From contig NC_087253.1 in assembly GCF_037042905.1 (NCBI RefSeq), positions 17,298,001-17,362,000 of the forward strand: DNA of 64,000 bases. The letters are read 5' to 3'. The notes under the pieces are model-generated. The model ran no database searches. It was not told the origin of the DNA and was given only the letters and a program-made list of their open reading frames with translations. Numbering within the stretch: position 1 is the first letter of the stretch; every line of letters begins with the position of its first letter. Origin of the DNA: Lytechinus pictus (lineage: Eukaryota). This document shows positions 22,401-63,090 of the stretch, piece after piece. The translations under genes were made by a program, and so were the position numbers.

Positions 22401-25400
22401 TCCACCCCCCCCCCCCACCCGAGCCTTTCATCCGATTAACATTGCCTGAATGTAAAGTGACAGTTAGGTATAGTAATTAGTATCAGTAATCCATTTTCGA
22501 ATGATTGTCACATGTTCACGAAAACACAGATTCAATTCACTAAAAAGGGGGTTATTTACCCCTTTCCCTCCACCCCCCATAAAAAAGCAAATAGCACAGA
22601 GTTCACGACTATTGCGATGAAACGATCTAAAATTGCTATATATGAAAGTGATTTTTTTTGTGTGTTCAAATATAATTTGTTCGCTTTGAACCAATGTGAT
22701 ACTTTATTTATTTCATGATTTAAAATATTGTATAAGGAAGTGAGATTTTTATGAGAAAAAAAATATTTGTATCGTCAGCGAATAATACAAAAGATAAAAT
22801 GGATGATGTATTAATAATATCATTGACACATAGTAAAAATAATAGTGGGCCTAAGATGGAGCCTTGAGGGACACCACAATGAACTAAAAGTGAATCAGAG
22901 TCGTAACCATTAATGCCACGTATTGTTTTCGATTTCTTAAGAAATCTTTAAACCGAAGGAGGGATTGACCTCGTACGCCGTAATAATTAAGTTTTGAGAG
23001 TAAAATGTCGTGATTAAGTGTATCAAATGCCTTACTAAGGTTACAAAATATGTGACTTGTAAAGGCGATTACGTGTATGTATTGATTTCAATATACCTTT
23101 TGTTATCCAGGGATGTTTGGGGTTCGATTATTTTTCATTCTACCTATGTGGATATTCTTATCATAATAATGTTGTAATTTATCATTAAAGCGATTATATG
23201 ATGTGTTGTTTCGATAATTCAATATTACGTCACAATGGATGAGCAGACGAATCATGATAAATCTGTTGGACGAAACAGCTAGTATTTATATTGGCTGCAT
23301 GCATTCTAAAGGTAAGTTGTAACTGCCCGCTTTAAATCAAATTAAGGCCCCATATTACACATCATCTTTTCTCTAATTATTTTGCCTTTTGACTTCACAG
23401 CACCTATATGAAAAAAGTCCTGATGATGATCATTTTTTTTCAATGTAGCCTCATGACTCAAAGCAAGATTTTGAGATATCTCCTATTCTGAATTTGTTTA
23501 TATATCTACAGTTTTACCAAGTGTTGTTTAATCAACCCAATTGAAATTCATGGTTTTGCCGCTCCACCATTACCTTTTATACGTAATGTATCATCCTAAA
23601 GAGAATGTTAATCAAGTCCTATATACGCAACAAGAACTGTTTCGAACTGTGCACACATTGCATGACGTATCGTACACATCTGCTCCAGTATATAGTATTA
23701 TGACTGTGAACCAAGGGCGGAAATCTCTCCCCAAAGGTAGGGGGACCAGGGGCTTGAAAATTTGACAAGCAAAAAAAAAAGTTATCACACCGAATGTAAC
23801 GTCATTTCCACCAAAATAAATTTGACAAACCAAAAAAAAAAGGTTATCACCCAAAACGTAAAGTCATCTCGTCCAAAATACATGTTTTATTTCGAATTTG
23901 AATGATGTATTTCTTTCCATCATAAAAAACAAAAATAGTAGGGGGATATTTGATAATGTGTCTCCACTACTATTTTACCTGGGATTTCTGCCCATGCTGT
24001 GAACGACTGACTTTTATTTCCAGGGGCTTATGCTATGGTTTTGTTTTACTCGCGATTAAAAAATACATAAAACATACACAAAATATGCATTGCATGATCA
24101 AATGATTATATACAACAATATTTCAACATAACAATGAATGTAATACAAAATTATAACAATCATATCGTAGGGATAAACCCGTTTTCAGTTTGGCTACGAA
24201 TAGCCAATATGTTCTTCCCCGGATGGGAGAATGGGGTCCCCCCCCCCTCTCCCTACATGAGTTTTAATCAATTGCAATATTAAGTTAGGATCAGTGGCGC
24301 AAAGAATCGAGCATTTTGAGGCAGGGGAAACATGGCGTAGGCCTACGAGGGAGGGGGGAGAGGGGGGTTCGAAAAATAATTGTGCCTGAGTACAAAAATT
24401 TACCATTTTTTAAATAAGATTCTAATTGTGTGACCGACTTTAAAATAATATCCAGAAAATAATTTAATATTTCACACTTCACCTTTCATTTTCTTTCTCT
24501 GTCATCTTTGGCCCTTTTTTCTTGATTGTGGAACCATAATTTTTTTCGGGAATGACTCATAAGCTATGCTCCAAAGCCCTCTCCGTATACGTCAGTTGTT
24601 CTGATTATTGATTCATAAATTGTTATAATTTCACAGTTATGGTAGCAGAAGTTAGCAATCCTTCGATTGGTGTCGGTTACGAGATAGGAAGGGCGCACGA
24701 TGGGAAAAAGAAGATACTCTGTCTATACAGACCCGAAGGTGCTCCAAAAAGTAAGTGCAAATACTAAAAAATACAATTTGATTACAAGTTTATTGATACA
24801 AATCCTGATATTCAAGGATCATCATCAATAAAACAAAATCTGCATATACACGTATATATAATCCATGCCCCCCCCCCCCTTTAGTTGCTGGTTCAAATAT
24901 CTTTTTAAAAATTTGGGCCTAAGCTATCATTGCTTTAGATAAGTCAAAATCCATACATCAAAAGCATGTATGGCAATTTCTGACAACCACCCGCCCCCGG
25001 GGGGGGGGCACTCAGTATAATGCATAGTGGGTATGTGCCGCGGAGGGGACCCCCATTTTTACACTCAAATTTCCGTTCCAAGGCATAGCATTTTGTCTTA
25101 TTGAGAAAAATAACAAAGAAAGCCGCTCCAAAGCATAGCATTTTCTTCTTATCGAGAAAAAAAGAAGAAAGAAATCCGCTCCAAAGCTTCGCATATTTTT
25201 CGTTACGCCGTTCCGGTCGCATTGATCTGCTACAGTGAGCTGCAATTTTGGTGAAAAGCGGCCGCAGAGCGCTGTTTGACCATCGCCTCTGCGCGAGCGC
25301 ACCCGGCGGAGGCACTGGGCGGAGACCGCGCTAGCTGCATCATGCACGCATGCCCGTTCCATAGGGATGCATACGCACTTACACGCTGGCGATCCACTAG

Positions 25401-25734
25401 TTCCAAGGACCCCCGTTTTCACAAACATTTGTAGTTCCGAAGCCCGTTCCGAGGACCCTCCTTTTACAATAAGCCCGCTCCAAGGCCCCCGTTTTTTGTC
25501 TTGCCCGCGGCACACCCCCACCACTTTTTTGGTCGAGTGCCCTCCCCCCCCCCCCCCCCCCCCATGTTTGTATGCAGTCATTATATATGTATAATATTAA
25601 ATTTACCTTTCGGTATATGTTTTACTCTAGAGCTTTCTGCGATGATCCGTGGAGCAGATGGGGTCGATAATCTCACCGTCAAGGATTATGATATATCAGA
25701 CATATCGAACATCCTGGCAGATTACTTCAAATAA
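19450..25734 (+). CDS. DNPH1: 2'-deoxynucleoside 5'-phosphate N-hydrolase 1 (RCL), 146 aa
   Basis: Exons 19450-19615, 20561-20617, 24637-24750, 25631-25734 (441 nt, GT-AG, phases consistent). Motifs [48 protein letters not shown] and LSAMIRGA match the DNPH1 family; catalytic Tyr/Asp/Glu positions are present. Confidence 0.92.
19668..20009. mobile_element. MITE with CAC...GTG termini and 2-bp TSD
   Basis: AA|CACACTTAAAATGTTGGG ... CCCAACTATTTTAAGAGTG|AA. Confidence 0.65.
22038..22366. mobile_element. Non-autonomous DNA transposon, Academ-like (TAG...CTA termini, 3-bp TSD)
   Basis: GTA|TAGTCCAGGATAG ... CTATCCTGGACTA|GTA, with long internal inverted arms. Confidence 0.75.
22650..23050 (-). 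mobile_element. Degenerate LINE reverse-transcriptase fragment in DNPH1 intron 2
   Basis: Minus translation [24 protein letters not shown]...[20 protein letters not shown]...LFADDTNIF, with frameshifts. Confidence 0.85.
24996..25563. mobile_element. GC-rich non-autonomous DNA transposon with G-run/C-run termini
   Basis: CCCCGGGGGGGGGCACTC ... GAGTGCCCTCCCCCCCC inverted ends; internal CCGTTCC/CCGCTCC repeats. Confidence 0.65.
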
Positions 25735-25809
25735 AACTTTCACTTTTCAAGCCTGGACTTCCCTTGTAATATTCATCGTGTAATATATAATGTCCAGCTC
25801 CTTTTTTAA

Positions 25810-26304
25810 AGGGGAAGTTCACCCTGAAGAAAACTTTGTTGTAAAAATAGCAGAAAAAATAATGAAAAATATTGATGAAGGTTCGAAGAAAATCCATCAA
25901 AGATTAAGAAAGTTATTAGAATTTCAAGTTTTTTATTTGTGACGTCATAATCGAGCAGCTGCCCCATATGTTATGTAATTTAAAATGCATAAATTTTAAT
26001 TTTTTAATGGTTCGTGATGACTATTTTGTTTTCTTTTTAGAAACAGGGTGAAATGAATTGTCCATTGATATACTGAAGATACAGTAAAAACCATTTTCAA
26101 TTTTCTGAGAAAATGACATTTCATTGATTATTTGTCATACGATATGTAGGAAACCTGCTCGCACACAACGCCACAAATCAACTAATTAAAATTCTAATAA
26201 CTTTTTTATTCTTGGATGGATTTTTCTCAAACCTTCAGCATTATTTTTTATTTATTTTCTCTGTTATTTTTACAATAAAATTTTTGTCAGGGTGAACTTC
26301 CCCT
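25810..26304. mobile_element. MITE with TTAA TSD (Kolobok-like ends)
   Basis: TTAA|AGGGGAAGTTCACCCTGA ... TCAGGGTGAACTTCCCCT|TTAA. Confidence 0.9.
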
Positions 26305-26409
26305 TTAATGTTGTAAGTTGATTTGAATTAGGAAAAGATGAGTCTTAAAGTATCTTCTCATTATATTTTGTTCAATTAATATTCTGTACTATGTTTAACT
26401 AAGTCTATG

Positions 26410-26600
26410 TTTGATTTTTGCGGTCCTAAATTATGGAACAGTTTACTAATTCATCTTCGATCTTGTACATCTGTAGAATCATGTAAAAGACATAACATAA
26501 CTATTTTTGTAATATTGGAGAGCTTTATATGTAAAGCGCATAGAGCAATTTTTTTTATTATGCACTATATTATAAGCATTTCATTATTATCATTATTAAA
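26410..26600 (+). mobile_element. LINE (L2-like) 3' end fragment
   Basis: FCGPKLWNSL...LRSCTSVES motif, then AAAGCGC...TGCACTAT and a (TAT)n tail. Confidence 0.6.
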
Positions 26601-27118
26601 TCAGTGTTTAAAGTCTGCGTTTAAACAATGGAAGTTCAAAATGTCAAATTCATCCGCCAAAACCTTAGGTTCTAGCTATTAAACTGGGTTGTAACATGCA
26701 AGCACATGTCAAAAGTCTAATCCTGTTTATCAGACATGCCCTAGCATGTTTGAATAGTAACAGAAATTATGCTTTATCATTAAATAGTTTAAGTACCAAC
26801 ATTCTGATATCAAGTATTTACTTTTTATGATAAGTGTCATATTTGACTTCCATGAGTTCATTCACAGGTTCTAAAAATTGTATAGTTTTGTACATCTTAT
26901 CATTGTTGGGCTGTTAAAAGCTTGTATCGCAATTTCTTTTTTAAAAGAATCGATGACCCAGAAAAAGGTCAATATTAGAGTTGGGACGTAAACGGCAACC
27001 TTCTTTTGCCTAGAAATAATTCTCTACATAAAGAAGACTGACTACTTTCAGAGAGTTGCCGTCATTGCCATAATTCTAAAATACTGCTTTTTTAGCCAGC
27101 CTCAAAATTTCCCCAATT

Positions 27119-29578
27119 TTGAGATACGAAATACAATACAAAGCAAATCCATCTATACACAACGAACACAAATACAAACGGTATAAAAACAGTCTTACAT
27201 GTACTCTACGACATGCTAAGAAAACATATTTCTCTAACCAATTTGAAAAAAATAAATTTGATATCAAAAGTACATGGAAAATAATCAATCGTGTGCTCAA
27301 CAAAAACACTGATAAAACACACATTCATAAAATCAATACACATGACACTATTATAACAGACGTAAATGAGATTGCTCAAAGCTTGAATGATTACTTTGTA
27401 AATATTGGTCCCAATCTTGCCAAAGATATCGAACCCTCAGGAAAAGTATTTTCCAGTTTTCTGGAAGATCCCAACCCCAAAACAATATTTTTTGCCCCAA
27501 TACTAGAATTCGAGATCATAGACATTGTAAATAACTTAAACTCTCAAAAAAGCCCAGGTTTTGATGGAATCACGAATAAAATTCTAAAACACGTCATCTC
27601 AGAAATTGTGACACCAATAACACACATATTCAATCTATCAATAACATGTGGTATCGTCCCCTCACAAATGAAAAAATCCAAGGTCATACCTATATTTAAA
27701 AAAGGAGACACCCGAGATATGGGCAACTATAGACCTATATCATTATTGACTTCATTTTCAAAAATATTAGAAAGAACTGTATATACTCGAACGATTAAAT
27801 TCATTCACGAATGCAATATTCTCAACGAATTCCAATATGGCTTCCGTGAAAAACACGCAACAACTCACGCTATGATTACACTCGTCGATAAAGTCATCAA
27901 AGCTATTGATAAATCCCTTCACACTGTTGGAATATTCCTGGACTTCTCCAAGGCCTTTGACACTATAGATCATGATATTCTTTTATATAAACTCGCTTAT
28001 TACGGTATTAGAGGAAAGGCCTTGGAGTGGTACAGGAATTACTTAACTAACAGAACTCAATACGTTTTTGTTAATGGGTGCGAATCACACCTGGAAAACA
28101 TAAATTGTGGTGTACCACAAGGATCACTCCTCGGCCCCCTATTATTTATATTATTTATAAACGACTTCCATAAATCTTCTAAACTATTATCTTTCATTCT
28201 GTTCGCTGACGACTCCAACATATTTTTCTCCCATCGTGACCCAACAACTTTGATTAATGTTATGAATACCGAATTGAAATCGGTCCATGCTTGGATACGG
28301 GCGAACAAACTATCATTAAACATAAAAAACACCAATTACATATTATTTAGTAACACAATACAAACGCTCCATGGTAACATTAACATTAATGGCATTAATA
28401 TTGACTCTACCCAATCAACAAAATTTCTTGGCATATTCATCGACAATAAATTATCATGGAAAACACACATTGATATTCTTTGTAGAGTGATCGCAAGAAA
28501 CATAGGTGTCATCAACAAACTTAAAACATTTTTACCTCACAAAATACTTTTGACCCTCTACTCAACCCACATCCTCCCTTATCTAAACTACGGAATTTTA
28601 TCCTGGGGTAATTCACAAATAACACAAACTAATAGAATATTTTTGCTTAAAAAACGAATTGTTAGAATAATTGAAAATGCCCATTACCGTGCTCATACAA
28701 GCCCGTTATTTAAAAAAAAAAAATACTAAAAATCCACGATCTCTATCTCCTGAACCTTGGAACTTTTATGTTCCAGCTATCAAAAAACGAATAACCCACC
28801 GCAATTACTTCACTCTTTACCAAAAACACTGACATCCATACATACCCCACAAGACAAGCTATACAACACCAATATCACCCCCCTCTGACTAGAACCACAC
28901 TCGCACAAAAAAACCATCATTTATACAGGTCCCAAATACTGGAATGGTATTCACCAAAGCCTTAAACAATATAGAAATATAAACACCTTCAAAAAACACC
29001 CAAAACTCTCATTCCTTAATGAGTACAATGTATGAAACACATGAACTGCTTTATCTTTTCCACGATACTTGCCTCTCGACCCTATTTCACTTTCTCCTCC
29101 CCTTTCCTTTTCTGCTGGGCACATAATCGTTTCTTTTTGTTTTGTTTTTTCCCCCAGTTATTTAATATTCCCTTATCCCTCTAACCTATGTAGTTACTGC
29201 CCCCCCCCCTTTCTTTCCTTGTTATTCAAACCTATTTTGCCGTTCTTCATATATGGTCTAGATTGTCTTACTTTACTTTTAATTACATACGATTAAGATT
29301 ACTACAAATTTATCCTAAGGGGCTTACAATTACAAGCTTCCTCATTTTCATTTTCACATGCTAACTGTAATCTATAATTTGTCTAATCATCAAAATGTAT
29401 CTTGAACAAAAATTGTATACATTTCATCTATTTCCTACGAATTTGTTAATTGATTATTGAAGTATACTTATAACACTTATTTTGTTTTGTACATTTATAC
29501 ATATGTATATATATGTTTGTTATGTTTATTATCAGAAAATGGAAATGAAATAAACTAAACTGAAACTGAACCTGAAAA
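27119..29578 (+). mobile_element. 5'-truncated non-LTR retrotransposon (CR1/L2 group) with reverse transcriptase ORF
   Basis: ORF 27119-28729 contains NYRPISLL, FLDFSKAFDTIDH, GVPQGSLLGPLLF and FADD. The reading frame is lost in an A-run near 28712-28723. AATAAA and an (AAACTG)n-like tail lie at 29548-29578. No endonuclease domain. Confidence 0.93.
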
Positions 29579-29619
29579 GGTTTTGACACCCAGGCAGCGA
29601 TATAACAACAATAATAATA

Positions 29620-29867
29620 CACTGCAAAAACTCCGGTGTTGATTTAGCACCAGCCTGGAATCTATATATGTCCACACAAGAGAAGTGTTAAACTACACCA
29701 GTTTGGTTTCGGTCTAACACCAGATAGGTGTTTATACAACACCAATTAGTATTAAAACAGCATCGGTTTGATTCCAAACTGGTGTTGTTTCAATACTTCT
29801 CTGGTGTAGACATACATGTATATAGATTCCAGGCTGGTGTTAAATCAACACCGGAGTTTTTGCAGTG
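29620..29867. mobile_element. MITE with CAC...GTG termini and 2-bp (TA) TSD
   Basis: TA|CACTGCAAAAACTCCGGTGTTGATTTA ... TAAATCAACACCGGAGTTTTTGCAGTG|TA; related to 19142-19376. Confidence 0.9.
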
Positions 29868-30890
29868 TAGATTGGATCAATTAGTAATGCGCCAAATCCA
29901 CTCTGCAGAGTGCTCAAGGCGCACTTTTTTTTATCTCGATGTATATTAGTGATAAAATTACCAGATGTCTTCTGATTGTTTTTTTATTCCAAAATTAAAT
30001 TTATTAGTACTGTGTAATACATCGCCTATGTTTTAACAATCATTCATCTTTTTAAATGTTTTTTTTTAAATAATAATCAGAGAGCCCTGAGGAAGACCAG
30101 CTTTTAATGTTTGTATTTTGCATATATATGTCATGTATCTTGCCATTTGTATCTCGTAACATATTATCGTATTTTTACTTTTTATTTGTTCTTTTTTCTG
30201 TATCTCACAAGGTCCTGTTACTATGTTTTTTCGTATATTGTATGTTTTTTTATGTTGATTAGGTTACGGAATCAAAAGAAACACAATAAATGCAAGAGAG
30301 AAGAGTATTTTATATAAACAAACCTGTTTATTGTATTAAAATTCTTTTACTCATGACATGCATCGATGACATGCTACATAATTACAGTACAAGGGTACTT
30401 TGTTATGTCTACATGAAGTCTTTGATAACATTACAAATATTTGGGACTCTGGATTAACAAAGTACTTACTAATTTACAAAGTCGATAGGATATATACAAT
30501 TTTAACTATGCAAGACAAGACAACTCAGTGAGCCAGTCGCAGGGGTTGTTGCACGAAACTTTGTTGCAATCAAATTTTACTATTATTTGATTTTTCAAAA
30601 TCGTTGATTGGTAATGTCACTATATTTAAAGGGGGTTAGTAGCTCTCCCCCTCCCCCCCCCCCCCCCCCCCCCCCGAAGAAGAGATTTACTGCTCAAAAG
30701 TACATACGACACAAATATTTAGGTAGATTCCTCAAAGCATGATTGCAAAGAGTTTGTAAACAGGCAGCCTATCTCAAAATCGGTGACTTGTTTTAGAAAG
30801 GTGGATGTTCAACAATTTTCTAAGAAGGAAAATCTGATGATATTTGTAGGTTCGCATGGTGGAGTTTATAACGTGGAGGTTTACGGTTCA

Positions 30891-31243
30891 CCATGTGTAA
30901 TATGAAGAAGGGAAGGAAATACAGGCAGAAAGATTGAAAAGGAAAGACGAGAAAGGACGAAAAGAGGAAATTAGAAGTATTCTTTTCTTGAAAATGAGTG
31001 AAGTCCTGAAAAGGATTCAACCTGCCCGAAGCGTTGAGTGACCTCTCTTCACTTCATCCAGCTACTACTCAAACCATCGCTACTCAAGCCATATTCAGCT
31101 CATCTCATCTGGTTTACAGTCCTTTTCGGGACTTCACTCACTTTCAAGAAAGAATACTTCTCATTTCCCTTATTCATCCTTTCTCGTCTTTCCATTCCAA
31201 TGTTTCTGCCTGTATTTCCTTCCCTTCTTCATATTACACATGG
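30891..31243. repeat. Long inverted repeat (about 125-bp arms, about 105-bp spacer)
   Basis: CCATGTGTAATATGAAGAAGGGAAGGAAATACAGGCAGAAA... at 30891-31016 is the reverse complement of 31120-31243. Confidence 0.9.
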
Positions 31244-31489
31244 GGAAGTAAAATCTGTTGGGATGAGATGCAGTTTATTTTGTCTTTATATGCAACTCAA
31301 AAGTTAAATTAGTGTAAAATCTTGATGGTTTCACAATCTAAAGAAATTATGAATAGTTTGGTATCAAAATCTCAAAATGCCTAAATATGAAATATGTCAT
31401 TCTGTTCTTCAACCTTTAATACTAAATTATCACTGTAGAAAAATAGCAAAGATTTAGAAAGGTATATACATTGAAAAGAAAAAGAGAAG

Positions 31490-31950
31490 TTCTGGGCCCG
31501 ATAATATTCATATATAAGGTTGCAATCATCAATCACAAAATGTCAATGTCCAAGCAAGATCAACGCTGTGAGTAAACATTGTTCAACATACCCTAGATCT
31601 TAGTGTCAATGGGCCCAGGCATCTATAATATTATATCAATAGTATGACCACAGAGTTGCAATTGATCACAAAATGTCAATGTCCAAGCAAGATCAATGCT
31701 GTGAGTAACATACCCAAGATCAGCCAATCAGAATCATTCTTAGAAATCATTTGCAATCAATCATAAATCTTGGTGTTATAGGGTCCAGGTATGTATAACA
31801 TTATATCAATAATGTGACCATATTGAGTTGCAATCGATCACAAAATGTCAATTCTGTCAAAGCAAGATCACTGCTGCAAGTGAATACCATGCAACGTACC
31901 CAATCAAACTTGCAATCAATCACACGTCTAGGTGGTTGTGGGGCCCAGGT
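31490..31950. repeat. Degenerate tandem repeat (about 3 copies)
   Basis: GTTGCAAT..ATCACAAAATGTCAAT...AGCAAGATCA...GGGCCCAGG recurs three times. Confidence 0.75.
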
Positions 31951-32622
31951 ATTTGTTGTAGGATTAAGATGAGCTATCTTGAAATCGTTGGTAAAGGTTG
32001 ATCATGTACACAGTACGTGAAAAATGTTGAAAATGTAAAATTGTAATGGTGAGAATTTATAAATTGCTTAAATATCAAAATAATTAGAATTATGCAATCC
32101 TGCGAAGTTGATGTCATAATACACAAATATGAAAAGATGGGACTACGTCACTACACAAAACACTTCTTGTTCTGAATTCGAATTATTCTTCTGCAAAAGA
32201 GGCGATGATAGACCAATGACAACATATTCATGACACCAGGGCCTCGTCTTACAAAGAGTTGCGATTGATCCGATCAATCGCAACTAAGGACGGCCAGCAA
32301 CGTCAACTTGTATTAAGCATGCTTGTTCAAAATATTTTCTAGCTTTGATGTATATTCATGCATTAATTGAACTGATGCTCATGACCTGTTAAACACCTTT
32401 TAATCCAAGGTGTTCTTGACAACCTGAAACCTTGCCAGAGGCTTGCCAGACATAGCAACAATGTAATGTAAGCAAACACTTCCAGGTATGAGAAGCTTAG
32501 TTATCACTAACAGGTGAGAAGAAATACCCTGTCACTAGGTGCCCAGAAAAGAAACATTCATAAATCTGAATCACTTTTGTAAATGAGCTTATTGTTCTCA
32601 CCACTTTCTAAAAGACAATCTA

Positions 32623-32893
32623 GGCCCTGTCTTACAAAGAGTTATGATTGATCCAATCGATCGTAACTCTATGGAAATCCATTAGTGTCATAATTTTTCC
32701 TACAGGAAATTTGCAAAATGTCTTCTGTAAATGAAAGAGAACACGCCAAATTGTCAAGAGATCAATGAATTTATGGATATGCATTAATATCTAGAATTTT
32801 TTTTAATGAACATGTATTTTATATGTTGACTTTGCTGGCTTTCCATAGTTGCGATTGATTGGATCAATCGCAACTCTTTGTAAGACTGGGCCC
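32623..32893. mobile_element. MITE (GGCCC termini, PIF/Harbinger-like); truncated relative at about 32238-32350
   Basis: GGCCCTGTCTTACAAAGAGTT ... AACTCTTTGTAAGACTGGGCCC. Confidence 0.8.
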
Positions 32894-33581
32894 AGTACTG
32901 CATACAATTCCCGAATGATCAATATTTGTCTCATCCTTGTTTTGTTTAGTCTCATCGCATATGGACTCATCTTAGCATCTTAGCTAATCTACAACCAGTA
33001 GTTCATCTGCAGCCAGTTTGTCTAATAACCATTTGGTCAAATCGCCACTAAGCCCTTTTCCCATTTTGTCTACTTTCCTGTACCGGCCACACACACACAT
33101 TAACAGCGCAAACAATGCGCTAACAGAGGCCCTGTTTAAACTGGTAATGTCGCAGCGATGCCGAATACAACAACAACCGTTCATTACATCTTGGATCAAC
33201 GTTTGACCTCACATTCCGAAAGACGTAACTGGGCCTACTGTAAGTGTTCTGTTAGTGGTAACATTTCTGTACGGTCAGCACTGGGGGCTTTTCGTGAATG
33301 GACTTGTCAGACTTTTTATCCGACAGTTACCGTAGTAACAGTGCTTCTTAGCCAATCAAAATCAAGGTAAATTGTCAAATCTGTGAACTTGTCTGATGAA
33401 AACGTTGATGAAATGCCTCCTAGATATGATTTACTAATTTTGTTTGATATCTAGTCTGTCTATCATCACTTGGTCTCTAAGGTTAGATGAAGTGCTTGTT
33501 AATAACCCAATTTTCCTTTGGAAAAAATAAGAATATCAAGTTGACGAAGTGGAGATTAGACAAACTGAGTATTAGACTAAA

Positions 33582-33893
33582 TGGCCCGTAGTCTGAAGTC
33601 GGGTTTAATTAAAACTCTGGTTTTAAGCTGTGGTTTAACTATGGATAGCCAATAGTGGCATAAATCTGTAGCAGTATAATTTCAATGAATCAGCTCATTT
33701 TTGTCTCAAATAATTCTTAACTGTTTCGGAAGGATAGAGAGATAGCTTTCTTCACCATTCACGATTTAGGAAAGAGCACAGTAGACATAAGAAACATAAA
33801 AAGTAAGGAAGATTTTGACATTTTTGGCTTTCCATAATTTTAGCACAGAGTTAGACCATGGTCTAAGTTAAACCTGACTTCAGAATACGGGCC
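33582..33893. mobile_element. MITE (GGCCCG termini)
   Basis: GGCCCGTAGTCTGAAGTCGGGTTTAA ... TTAAACCTGACTTCAGAATACGGGCC. Confidence 0.8.
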
Positions 33894-34131
33894 ATGAAGT
33901 ATTAGACAAGTGGGTACTAGACTAAATTGATAGTTGATGAAATGGGTTTAGCCCATGTGGTGGCTGAATATTCTAAAAGACAACTGCTAGTAGAATAAAT
34001 GAATATAAAACTGTCTAGCTTGAAATGTAGAATAAGGAAATGTATGAGGATGTGAATGTTCAGAGCAAAACTCAATCTTATTGATTAAAGATGGGTCCAT
34101 GGATGATGAGTTATGAAATGATAAAACTGCT

Positions 34132-62330
<28,199 letters not shown>

Positions 62331-62431
62331 CTGCATGAAAAAGGGATATTTAGAGGTAATTAAGTCTAATACAAGTATACTTAGAATAAATGGCAGGGAC
62401 AGTGTGTACTGAGTGCTGTCTGCAACATTCA

Positions 62432-62850
62432 CTGGTTTATTTTCAATTGGTCTACTGCCAATTCCTCCAATTAACAACTCGTCTACTGTCATTTGGTCTA
62501 ACATCAGTTCGTCCACTATCCAAATGGTCTAACTGCCATTTCATCCATTCACCATTTCATCTAATAACCAGTTGGTCCAATAGCCATTTAGTCCATATAC
62601 CATTTGGTCTAATTGGACTAAGTGTTAATTGGGCAAAATGAATGAACATAAAATGGCTATTCGACCAACTGGTTATGAGACGAAATGGTCATAGACAAAC
62701 TGGTGATTAGACAAAGTGATGATTGGACCAAATGGTTAATGGAACAAATGGTTGTTAGACAAAATGTTGGACGGAATGACATTAGACAAAATGAAAGTAG
62801 ATCATGTGGTGAATGGACGATTTGGCAGTAGACGAATTGGCAATTTACCC
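62432..62850. mobile_element. MITE-like element built of short TAGAC(G/C)AA-type repeats in inverted orientation
   Basis: CAATTGGTCTAC ... GTAGACGAATTG ends; internal tggtctaa/ttagacaaa repeats. Confidence 0.6.
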
Positions 62851-62894
62851 ATTCATCCTTTTCCCCTTACACTCGCTATCCTCCTCTGTTTCCT

Positions 62895-63090
62895 CTCTGA
62901 CACGTCACTTCTTCAGATGCATCACACCTGAAGCCACAATTGACCCCTTCAAGTTCTTGTTCTATCCAAGAACGATAAGGAACTGGAACAACCTACCCAG
63001 CTCAGCTGTCAACACCAGTTTCAAGGAGGCTGCTCTCCCTGCCATCACAATGATGCAGCCCCCTGTTGGATCCCAAATGATTTAAAGTCA
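62895..63090 (+). mobile_element. LINE ORF2 C-terminal fragment
   Basis: FKFLFYPRTIRNWNNLP motif, typical of CR1-group ORF2 C-termini. Confidence 0.65.

Noticed and set aside
24944-25594. Overlapping 123-189-aa ORFs
   Set aside because: They fall within a GC-rich non-autonomous transposon in a DNPH1 intron and show no protein motifs.
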